A stretch of 64,000 bases of DNA from Ascidiella aspersa (Eukaryota), in contig OZ004609.1 in the NCBI GenBank assembly GCA_963924565.1, positions 29,450,001 through 29,514,000 of the forward strand, given 5' to 3'. The notes under the pieces are model-generated. The model worked only from the letters and a program-made list of their open reading frames with translations, searched no databases and was not told the DNA's origin. Position numbers and translations under genes: made by a program. Positions 1 to 10,299 of the stretch are shown piece after piece. The number at the start of each line of letters is the position of its first letter. Within the stretch, counting starts at the first letter, position 1.

Positions 1-597
1 TTTAGTCATTTTTTTTCTTTTTAATACTAAACTTTAAATGACTTTTTTTTAAACTGATTATAGTGAAGAAAGGTAAAATAATAAATTCAAAATATTTAAC
101 ACACAAATAGGTTTATCATTTTAATAATAAAAATCAATTTTAAGATTTCAAATAATAATATATAAAACTTATTTCCAGTTCAATTGCCGGATTCACCAAT
201 ACATACAGTAAACACATAAATCACAAACGGTTTATTCTTTTGTGTAAAATATTTACTGTTGAAACAGTGCTAAGAAATTGGAGAGTGCTTGGCAGATAAC
301 TCTCCTATTATCTCCCTCTCTTATGTAAACAAGAGTGATCACCACTGAACTCAATGGACTCAGAACCGCCCCCAGCTTTTCAATAAATAGCAAACATTGT
401 AGGAATTTTTGCAATGCTCTTTTTGTATAAAATATGATTTTATAGTTTTAAGCAAGCGTTGATGCATCAAAAAGCATACACCGGTAAATTTTTTGATAAA
501 AATATAAGACAAATGTGTTGTCAAATGTTGTAAAATGACTTTTCCATCTTCAAACAAATGATGTGTAATGAGTGCCACATGTGCCTTAGAAGTTGAT

Positions 598-655
598 AAA
601 TGATGGCATGAACAGTCATTGTGTTGTAAATGATGGCATGAACAGTCATTGTGTT
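598..655. repeat. Two-copy 30-bp tandem duplication (AAATGATGGCATGAACAGTCATTGTGTT)
   Basis: Direct repeat at 598 and 628. Confidence 0.9.
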
Positions 656-795
656 CTTGACAAGTAATCGCCAGTCTTTGTTCTACTAAGTGGAGTATAT
701 ATCTGGAAACACGTTCCATACCCACTCCAGTCAACATGAATGTTGAATGTTAACTTAGAGCACTCTGTAACCTTGCGCCATGTTTCTGCTCGCAG

Positions 796-3700
796 TGCAA
801 GGTTGAGTTTGCACAAGACAATCGAGGACCTCGAACAGCAGCTTTCAACTTACAAAAAGAAACACGAAGAGATAAAAGCGGGAAAACAAGACGCTTTAAA
901 GCAGGTTGGTGGCGACTAGCAATCTAGTTCTCCATGTATACTTCTTTCATGAAATCCCACTTTCTAAGCTTACAAACACCATAATGGCTTGCTATATAAT
1001 AAGAATATCAAACACCATGCAGAAGTAGGTATCATTTTTCTAATTGATATTCTTATTACATCTTACTGCAGTCTCCAACCACTATGCTCCATATGCTTGC
1101 TATATGTTTCTGGTGTTTCCATAAATTAAGTAAGTCAACTATTTTGTTGGGTCGTTTTGTAGCTATCACGGATACAAGAATCCCACCGGTCAGATTTGGT
1201 CCGCATCAATCAAAACCTTGAAGAGGAGTTGGAAAACCGTTCTCAAATGGAAAGAAAAATACATGACCTACGCGAAGAGGTGAACCTTTTCTTTAATTGA
1301 GTGTTGAAAAATGCATTTTTTGTTACAAAAACTAGCAGCGGTATGTCTAGCCCGGGAGAAAATCTTTCAGTTAATTTCTTAGCGCAATTTTTTTATACTT
1401 TTAAAACAAGAAAACAAAAATATCATAACTTGTACAGGTCACCTAAACGTTGGAGAACAAATATAATTACCAGAGGCTCTTTTATGATATAATTGTTTGA
1501 TAAGTATCAATGCCTGGTAGCAACAGTTTGTGTCAAAAAATAGGTTTTTATTTTAATTAAGGTATCCAGATCTGCCATTTGTTTGTTGTTGTTTTTTGGA
1601 AATAGTTTTAATAAAATTTCCAGACGCCCACGCTTACAGCTTTACTCCACGTTTAATAAAATATAACGCAATTATTTAGGCTCACGAAAAGCGTAATCTG
1701 TTAAATTTTAACGATAGTAACGAACTTAGTACACCGAAAGCCATCGCAGACTCGCCGAATCTGTCGATCAATGATGCAAGCAGGGCAGGTTAGAAAAACA
1801 GCTCTACTGCAGTAAGGCTCAGAGAGGAGCGAGTCTCGACCTGTGTATGTAAGTTGGTAGAGCGTCGGTCCCGCTATGACCAGAGGTCGTGAGTTCGAAC
1901 CTCACTGCAGGGAATTTTTGTCTAACCTGCCCTGCTTGCATCATTGATCTACAATTCGGCGAGTCTGCGATGGTTTTCGGTGTACTAATGGTACGTAAGC
2001 CGTAATCGTTGGTAAAAAAGCAGCTTTAGAAGGACTAGATACAGTCGTTAACATACATATGTTTGTGCATCTTTCATAAGTAAAGAACTTGCGTCTTTTC
2101 TAAGATCGAAAGGCTCCAGGAAGAGAACACGAGCGAGTGGGGCAAGCGCGAAAGGCTGGAAACGGAAAAGCTGCAGCTGGAGCGGGAAAACAAGCGGCTG
2201 AAGACGAACGGCGAGGAGCTGTCGACGGAAATGGAGCGGCGGAGAAAGTCGACGGCTGAGGAGCGCGACCACGAGTTGCAGCACGCACAGACACAGCTGC
2301 ACGACCTTACTGAGGTAGGTAGGCGACTTGCAGGCTTTAAATGCTCAAATGCTCGTAGAAAGTTGGTTGTAGTGAAATATAACGCTACTTTGCTGTTTTA
2401 AAATGTAACTGCTCCCATGCTGAGTAATATGCATCTAATACTGCCCAGGGAAAATACGGCCCGCGGGCAGCATCCAGGCCGTCAAGCAATTTAATGCCGT
2501 TAAGGCTTATTTTGCTTAAAACAATTGTTTTTTGGTATTTTCTGCGCGAAGTTGACAACACATCTGTAACTGTATCCTAGTCTGTTTTGTAAAATGTTCA
2601 CTGTGATGTCATTGAGGCAAATAAATAAAAAAACGAGACTTTGAATTTTTTTTTGTTTTTTTTGTAACATTTGGTTACACCACGTTTTCCATGGACGGAT
2701 CCAATGATGACCCCACCAAACTCTATTTTTACCTGTTTTAAATACTAAAATAGAAATTTGTCAGCGAAAGATCACACCCTTAGCAAAACATGTATCCTCA
2801 CAATTTTAATATACTTTACACTTTCTTGTCTGAGTTAAAATCGGTCATTTTATAAGTTCTAGTCATTAAGAGAGAAATATATTTCGCCAATCCGGTATCA
2901 TTCGAATTAGGAGACTGATGATGCCTGATTTTCACTCAAACAACAATGAATTATACGACACTCCTATAAGTGGATTCCTGAACATCCACGTTATTTTAGT
3001 TACATCAATTGGCGGAATGCAGGCTGTAGAGTCAGGGCTGGACTCGGGACTCGACGAAATCGCACGTTTGACCGAAGTCGGACTCGGGTTGATTTTTTTG
3101 GCGAGAGTCGGACTAGGGTTATTTTTACCCGACTCCGCAGCCCTGGTTTACATATACAGTTTGCCATTGTCCTTACGATTTCATCGTGTCGCTTTAAACA
3201 GGAACTGAACGATCTGCGACGTCAGTACACCAAGGACCAAAAGCTGCTGGAAGACAAACAGGAGGAGCTTTCACACAGCAAGCGCAGGTCGGAGAAGCAC
3301 GAGACCGAAGTCAGGGCGTTGCGAAACCGGGTCGAGGAAATCAAGAAGCAGCAGACGAGTACCGAGGACGAGGTAAAACAAATACAGTTTTCTGGCCGCT
3401 TTTTTCAGCCACAAATCGTGATCTTATTTTTTTTTTAAACGGGCGTGGGGAACATTTTTTATGCTGCGGACGGCGTTATGAGACAGGCAATGTTTTGCTT
3501 AACAGCCTTTGAAACTACACCTGTTACCTGGAAGATTTACCGAAAGTCGGGATATTCAGGAATATCGTGCAAGCAAGACAGGGCTAGAAAAATATAGACT
3601 TTGGTCAGGTTCAACCTAACGTTTTAATTTGCCTTACCGAAAGGCTAGATCGCAGTACATGCTGTAGAGCAGCTGTTCTAGATCGGGGGTCTACAAAGAA

Positions 3701-5056
3701 TTTTCAAAGGGTCTGTGAAGTTTTTGAATTTGCAGCAGGATTGATGAAATATTATATTTCAAAAACGTTGGTGCTTTTTTTTTGTATAGTAGATTCGAAC
3801 ATTGGTATTTTTTGTGTTTATTTACCCTAAAAGCATTAAACATTTTCGATAACTTTTAGGTTGTCCGTGGCCGCCTCAAGGACATTAAGGGTCCGACAAG
3901 ACAAATAAGTAGAAAACCACTGGTGTAAATTGTATAGTTAATTATAATAGCAATGATTTGAAAACTTAAATCAAACTTCTATACTCGGTTTTTAAGGGCT
4001 TATTTGGAAGCAAAAGTTTGACAATACTTAAAACAAATTTGACGTTGTTGCATTACTCCAGGTTCATAAATATGCAATTTTGTGCGTAATTTGGCCTTGG
4101 TTTTGCGCTTATTTGCCTGTTTTTCAAACATTTTTATGTTGCATATTTTCTAGTGTTTTCGTACTACCATTGCATGCCAGCAGGTTTGTGAAGAACCCGG
4201 TTCTCTGAATTATGTGGTCAGAAAATCGCACAAATTAGTCAACATAAATCTTGCTTATAGCAGCAGACACGACAATACGATTGCGCATAATATAAAAGGT
4301 CGATTCGCTATTACAACGATACTCTAAACCTAAAAACTTGTTAATCATGCTACAGTCCATTTCGAGTCAAAAAGGGACGCGAATGGTAACAGCCACTGGT
4401 TCTTCTAACAAGCGAAATTTGGCAACAGTTATTACATTTGGCACATTGCTGTAATTTAGAAAAAATGGAAATTAAAAAAATGGAAATTTTAGAAAAAATG
4501 GAAATTAAAACATGTCGTGCAATGCTAAACAGAAAAGCGTTTAAAATACGAATTGTGTTACGGTCTATATTTTGCCGACCATTTCTTATTTATTATTTCA
4601 TAACCGCAACGCAATATTACATTACTTTTAATTTTGTTAGCTTGATGTCGCCCAAAATCAATCTAGAAAGCTGTTAAGGGTCGTAGAAGAGAAGGATGAA
4701 GAAATGGAGAAAATGCAAATGCAAATTGGCCAACTTCAAACGAGGTTGGTTTGTTTTCTTGAACCATGTTGAAGTTATTTAGGAATTATTTCTAAAACAT
4801 CAGCTTCAGCTTGTTAATTCGATGTAAGTGACCCCTAAAAGCATTGTTAAAATTTTTTTCTAGAAATATTATAGTAGTATTTCACAGCATATTTACAAAT
4901 TCGAAGGGTAATCACAAAACTAATTTATAAACTTTTTTTATCCTTAGATTAAGAAGAGAGGCACCGACACCATTATCTTGGCAAAAGCAAACGTTCAGCA
5001 GAAATACAAAAGATCCTGATATTACAATTAGCTCAGACTCTTCTTCCGATGTGTAA
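796..5056 (+). CDS. CCDC102A: Coiled-coil domain-containing protein 102 (CCDC102A/B family), 3' part; 5' exons lie upstream of the window
   Basis: Phase-consistent GT-AG exons 796-904, 1163-1279, 2105-2314, 3202-3372, 4641-4744, 4948-5056 (TAA). Translation includes IERLQEENTSEWGKRERLETEKLQLERENKRLK and HETEVRALRNRVEEIKKQ..EDELDVAQNQSRKL, matching the CCDC102 motif EWGRRERLETEKL. AATAAA at 5561. Confidence 0.85.
1726..1988. mobile_element. Fold-back element with ~70-95 bp inverted arms enclosing a degenerate tRNA-like (Pol III A/B box) sequence
   Basis: Left arm TTAGTACACCGAAAGCCATCGCAGACTCGCCGAAT..GATCAATGATGCAAGCAGGGCAGGTTAGA is the near-exact reverse complement of 1921-1988. The interior (~1840-1912) has AGTTGGTAGAGC (A-box-like) and GTGAG-TTCGAAC-CTCAC (T-arm/B box). 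Confidence 0.75.
3020..3146. repeat. Interspersed repeat with GAGTCGGACTCGGG subrepeats ending in GACTCCGCAGCCCTG; related copies at ~39965-40148 and ~58283-58358
   Basis: Shared terminus (G)ACT(T)CC(A)GCAGCCCTG and repeated GGACTCGGG/GTCGGACT motifs at three loci. Confidence 0.65.
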
Positions 5057-5817
5057 TATAGTATATTTTATCGCTATTAGTGCCTTTTTATATCATTCCT
5101 ATTGCATCCTGTTGTTCCTCTCCTCTATTGCAAATTGATACATTTTTGTTTCTCTTTTGATCACTGTTTTTATTATTTGTGCCAAAGTCTGGCTGCACTG
5201 TTTTACCTTTTTATCACATCTGTACTGTACTTTACTGAAATTATTTTTTTATAAACAACATTTTTTATATTACCAATACAGGAAATCAATTTCCATGTAA
5301 ACCAATTCATTTGCTTTCCATGCGAGTTTGCTGTAAAACTTCAATATAAATCTTGTTCTGTTCTTTTCATATGAGAGCTGTGTCTATTTTTTTAATATCT
5401 GCAAACAAATTTTTAATGCTTTGTGCAATGTGTGTGAAGTTCATATAAAATTTATGTTTCTACTCACTGTAGCTTTCAACCTCAATCTACTTACCATGAT
5501 GTAACAAGTGTATTTCAATGTGTTATTTGTATAATGCTTTCCTACCTAGCAAAATGCTTTAATAAAAGTAGAAGGTAACTGTAAATATATCCTGTAATAC
5601 ATTTTTATCTTCCTAAAGAAGGTAAGTTATCACTCAAAGTTCAGAAGTATAGCAGATTTATTTTTTTCAAAATGAATTCTATTGCACAGTGAAAATACAG
5701 AGCATGATATGACAAAACAATAATAATACACCAACATCAGGTTTGACAAAGCCTTTAAATTAAATGAGATGATTACAATTAAAGTGCAGTAAAACTGGTT
5801 AATTGTCTTGGCAGCGA

Positions 5818-7692
5818 TTAGGAATACCAGACTGTGTTAGAAAATGGACTTTCTCTTTCCCAGAAATCAACAGCCTTTACTCTGAAAAACCCTTTAATTT
5901 GTTCTGACGCAATAAAAGTAAAAGATGTAAAAATAGTGTTAACCTTGTTAATTGTCTTGAAATTTTTCTGGTTGACAACGGTATATTGGACAATGTATGT
6001 TTTAATACATTTAGAACTGATATTTGCATCACTCCAAACAATAAGCACCTGATTAGCTTGTATGTGATGAATTTGCAGTTGAGTGGGTCCATCTGGAAAG
6101 TCATTTGGTTTCCAACAAATTTGCTGCAGAGTAACACCAGGCAGTGGTAATATAACATTGGAATGATAAACTCCTTGTTGATCTAAAATCACATCTACTG
6201 GATCAGAGCAATGTGGTCCTTCTACTTCATGCAGTTTATCTAGCTGTGCTGCAGTTGGAAATACAGGACTACCGAAACTTTTCCAAACAGCATAGGGGTT
6301 TGTATACTTGTTGCTTAACTCGCAGGTGACAGCCTTAATATTGAGAGGCTTCGGTTGGAGATCAGAAAAGTTGTTGTATGTAAGACTAACTTTAACAGAT
6401 CCCTGACCAGGAAAAGTGTCATTGCTGTTGTACAGCAAAGTTGAAACCTCCATGGTTTTGCAGCTGGTACAAATTGCGGCAATGCCATCAATAGTTTCCT
6501 GAGAGTTTGAATTTAAATTTAGGTCAACTTGAACATCTCCCAGCTTTGCCAAGAGCCCCATAACAACCAAGGCAGGCTTCTTTACAAAATGCACATATCT
6601 CGGATTAGTGTTGTTTATTTGAAACCTAGCATTCAAAGTGCGCTGTGTAAAGAAATTTGGAGCAAAGCTAAGGAATCCATTGTCATTGCTGAGTAGGGCA
6701 TATTTGATGTTACTCCGACTTTTGTTGGCAATAATTCTGGTTTGATGCTGCACTATAACTTTGGTGATAATGGCTGCATAGGTAACATCAGCGCGCCACC
6801 ATTCTGGCTTGTTCCAACCTACCAAAGGGTCAGCTTCATCATTGAAAACTGGCGTAGAAGATAGAGATGGATACATAGAGAAAATTGTATCAAAGGTGTT
6901 AAGCTCACCATTTATAATGTTATCTGCCAAACCATTTCCTTTTTGGTGAATTGATATAAAGTCAATAGGAGTTCCAAATTTTCCTGTGATAAAGTTTCTT
7001 CCATTGGCACAATGTTCCAATAATGCATAGCAGCGTTTTGAGTGCTCTGTTGTTCTGCATGATCCGCCTGGGCCACCAAATGTCAGAGCTGGATGGGCCT
7101 CAAAAAGGCCTTCATAACAGGCATCATAATATTTAAGAAAACCTTCGACAGATATTTTAACATCGTCAAAATCTTGGTTGTCTGGTTCATTCCAGGTCTC
7201 AAAATTCCATTTGGCAACATAGTCTATTCCATGCATGACGATATAACGGTTTGCAATGGTGGACACCAAATTCTTAAACTGCGTAACTTGTGTCACATTG
7301 TCAAAGTTTGAAAAGACGTTTGAGGGATTGCCCATAATCTCAAATCCAAGATGTAAACCATTTTTGTAAAAGAAAAACACCAGTTGGTCCAACTTGTTAA
7401 AGTCATAGTGGCCATCTTTAACAGTTATCAAATCTAACAACCAGTGGATGCGAACTTGCTTTATTCCACTGTGTGGTACTGAAGAAACAAGAAGAAGATT
7501 CTGCTTCATATCTTCTGAAAGTAAATACTGACTTGCATTTTGGTGTGGCAAAGGAGGGCACAGGCCAGTGCTTTCCCAGAAATGTTTAAGGGGAGCTTTG
7601 TGCTCCAATGTTGTTACAACAATTTCGGAATCACCAAATGCATTAGATACTATACCCAGCAAAAACAAGCAATTTCCAAAAATAACCAACAT
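5818..7692 (-). CDS. IDUA: Alpha-L-iduronidase (GH39), single-exon CDS, 624 aa
   Basis: Signal peptide; HFWESTGLCPPLPH; QVRIHWLLDL; catalytic acid/base motif WNFETWNEPD; nucleophile motif FNDEADPLVGW; WRADVTYAA; LLSNDNGFL..FTQRTLNARFQ; C-terminal Ig/FN3-like domain (FRVKAVDFW). Confidence 0.96.
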   Translation of the reverse strand: MLVIFGNCLFLLGIVSNAFGDSEIVVTTLEHKAPLKHFWESTGLCPPLPHQNASQYLLSEDMKQNLLLVSSVPHSGIKQVRIHWLLDLITVKDGHYDFNKLDQLVFFFYKNGLHLGFEIMGNPSNVFSNFDNVTQVTQFKNLVSTIANRYIVMHGIDYVAKWNFETWNEPDNQDFDDVKISVEGFLKYYDACYEGLFEAHPALTFGGPGGSCRTTEHSKRCYALLEHCANGRNFITGKFGTPIDFISIHQKGNGLADNIINGELNTFDTIFSMYPSLSSTPVFNDEADPLVGWNKPEWWRADVTYAAIITKVIVQHQTRIIANKSRSNIKYALLSNDNGFLSFAPNFFTQRTLNARFQINNTNPRYVHFVKKPALVVMGLLAKLGDVQVDLNLNSNSQETIDGIAAICTSCKTMEVSTLLYNSNDTFPGQGSVKVSLTYNNFSDLQPKPLNIKAVTCELSNKYTNPYAVWKSFGSPVFPTAAQLDKLHEVEGPHCSDPVDVILDQQGVYHSNVILPLPGVTLQQICWKPNDFPDGPTQLQIHHIQANQVLIVWSDANISSKCIKTYIVQYTVVNQKNFKTINKVNTIFTSFTFIASEQIKGFFRVKAVDFWERESPFSNTVWYS

Positions 7693-8279
7693 GCTTTAAA
7701 TGTAGTTTTCCACATAAATCAGTTAAAAACAATTGAATAAGGGTGAAAGGTAGTTCATCAAATATTTATTGCTGCTTGTTAAAGGTGACGTTTTTAAACA
7801 TTTGTTTGAACAATTTTGTTGAATAATAGGGAAAATACCCTGATTATTTTTTCGCAAGGTAAATTTGTTTTAAGGGTAAATATTTCTCGGGTGAATAATT
7901 TTTAACAAAACTATAAAACAGAATAAAATGAAAGATTTTTTTTAAAACAATTTGTTTTGATCAAATTTTACTTCACCAATTTGTTCAAAAAAGTATACGA
8001 ACCAAAAACCAGATAATTAACCAGTGAATTTAATATATATAAAGGATCGCAAACACCGCAAGCTGAATCAATCGGAAGGACCGCAACGATTTGCCAAGAT
8101 TAATGGCGTGGATAGTCCTAACCTAGGGCTGCAAAACATCAGGATTTACCTGGACATGACTGCAATTTTAGGCATACTCTTTGTGTCCACGAGGCAGTCT
8201 TTACCTTGAGCAATCCAGTTAGTGGGATAATTTTAATAACGTTTGGTGTATAATAATAGAAGGAAGATATACCTTAAAA

Positions 8280-8625
8280 CAGGAGTTCTTGAACTTTTTT
8301 ACCGCAGACCCCTAAATTTTTGTTCCTGCCTCGCATGGATCAGTGTAGGCAAAATATATTTAGAGATGACGTCATAAATTTACGTCATAATACAAACAGA
8401 CTTTAGAAACTTGCTGTTTCCGGTCCAAAAAAATGTGAAATGAAATCAAGTCAAGTCAAAGCATACTCAGTGCAAAAACGTTCATGTTTAACTATAGCCT
8501 ACTCTTTTCTTTTAAAAATAGATTGATTAAATATACACTAATAGTTCAATTAGGCTTACATGGACCTCCTAAAACTAGTTCACGTTCCCCCAAGAGGTCC
8601 ATCGACCCCAGTTTAAGAACCCCTG
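8280..8625. mobile_element. hAT-type MITE, family 1
   Basis: TIRs CAGGAGTTCTTGAACT / AGTTTAAGAACCCCTG; 8-bp TSD CCTTAAAA / CCTTAACA; same termini as 42822-43135 and 53307-53594. Confidence 0.8.
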
Positions 8626-10299
8626 CCTTAACAGCACATTATGAGTGCATCGACGGGTGGGCCCTAAGTGTGTCTGGGATTCTACAGTTTCGAAAATGGT
8701 AGGCCTATGCCAACCCTAACCCCAACCACTCTCTCTAACCCCAGCCCCGACTCAACTCTAAACCCTAAGTGACCTATGCGACATCTGATGCAAGACTTGA
8801 GATCCTGTACATTTAGATGTACCAGATTAGCTAGACTTGTGTAACAAACTTTTAAGCAAGGAATTATCTCTTTTAAATCGAGCTGTGAGGGGGAGTGGCG
8901 CTTTATTAATCTGTAAGAGCAATGTGATCGCTACCATATTCACCAATAAAATGCGCTTGTATCACGAAAATGACATTTTGCAGCTCACAAAAAAGTATCT
9001 GCACAGGAGTTTGAACCACGGTAAAAGTTGAAGCAAAAAAGACGAACTTAAATGACAATCCTAAACGTACTTTCCATCAAAAAAGTAAAACCCACGTCTG
9101 TATTAATACGAAAATGAACGAAATGACAGACAAGATTTACCCACTGCCGCTTTAGCCTTCCACAGACATCTGTTAGAACCAAAGTGCAGTTCGCAACGGA
9201 AAACCTTTGCGGAAAACGTACACAGCAACAATGCGGATACTGAAAACAAACACCTCATCGCAGAGCGAAAGCCATTCTTTAATTACCAAAACTTAAAGCC
9301 ATTACAATAAAAAAAACTTACGCAGCACATAGTATCTATGGACGACCGCCAAACAGGAGCCTTCAGAAGAATAATCTCTTGAGCTATTCCATGATATTTT
9401 TTCTCAAACTAGGGTAGCGCATGTTAACTCGAAGCCATTTTTTAGAACAAATTTTAAGGCGATTTTTTTGCCACGTTTTAACGACGTTAAAGCGTCAATT
9501 AGGCTGAGCAAAACATGCCCTTTGGACCAAAGGCCTGGATCAACAGATTAAGTATTGAACATGTATTGATGTTCTAAAAATGTCGAAATCCTGGCAAACT
9601 AATTTTAAAACATTAGAAAATTAAACCTTTTTGCGAAAAATATATCTGGCTCATAAATGCCTGGAATTTATGCGCAAATGAAAAGCCACGTAAAAAAAGC
9701 GAAAAGCTCGCATATTATGGAAGTGGCTGTAAAATAAATTGTACAAATCACAGTACAAGCAGAGCCATTACAATAGCTTCTCGTTTTGTGCAATGCGTAA
9801 AAAAGTTCGGAACTTGAGATATTGACAGGACATACGTTTTAAGTATTTTTAGTTATGGTTTTTAACTGTAAATAGACGCCATTTTAAACAGGATTTTAAT
9901 TGTTTCTTTGACGATACACTGCACAACAACATCGAAATAAAATTTTCAGCCCGCGCGATTAAGGACGACACGCGTTCACAAATTCGAACTGCCACAGTCA
10001 GGGAACGAAGATATTGCCGCATACGCAAAAATGGGACAAAAGCAGTGGACGACTTGCCAAATACGCAACACCTCGAACAATGAGGAGCGGGGCGTGGTTT
10101 CGGCGACGCTTTGTGCAGCGCAACCTGTGTACAAAAATAAACACCACTTTCGTCACAAACTCTCGCGTGATTTCCTCTGTTTGCGCCACTTTTTGGGTTC
10201 CGACCAGTTTTAGCAGCTTCGAAGGCGCGCTATGCAGCGGTTGGAAATCACCTTCCGCGGTCGGTTTTGCTGAAACTTTTGATCAAAGTCTAGCCAAGG

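Noticed and set aside
360-737. 125-aa minus-strand ORF with repeated HNDCSCHHL
   Set aside because: The repeat arises from the 30-bp tandem duplication in intronic DNA; no coding evidence.
1840-1912. Functional tRNA gene (GCT at the anticodon position)
   Set aside because: Acceptor and D stems are poor, U33 is missing, and it is embedded in a repeat; treated as tRNA-derived.
2704-2833. ATGATGA...CTGA box C/D candidate in a CCDC102 intron
   Set aside because: No terminal stem and no recognisable antisense element.
8700-8770. Telomere-like CCCTAA repeats (also ~24160)
   Set aside because: Few, degenerate units inside repeat-like DNA; not an interstitial telomere array.
7693-10299. TFCP2-IDUA operon (same strand, adjacent)
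   Set aside because: The 2.6-kb gap contains MITEs and room for a promoter; no evidence of polycistronic spacing.
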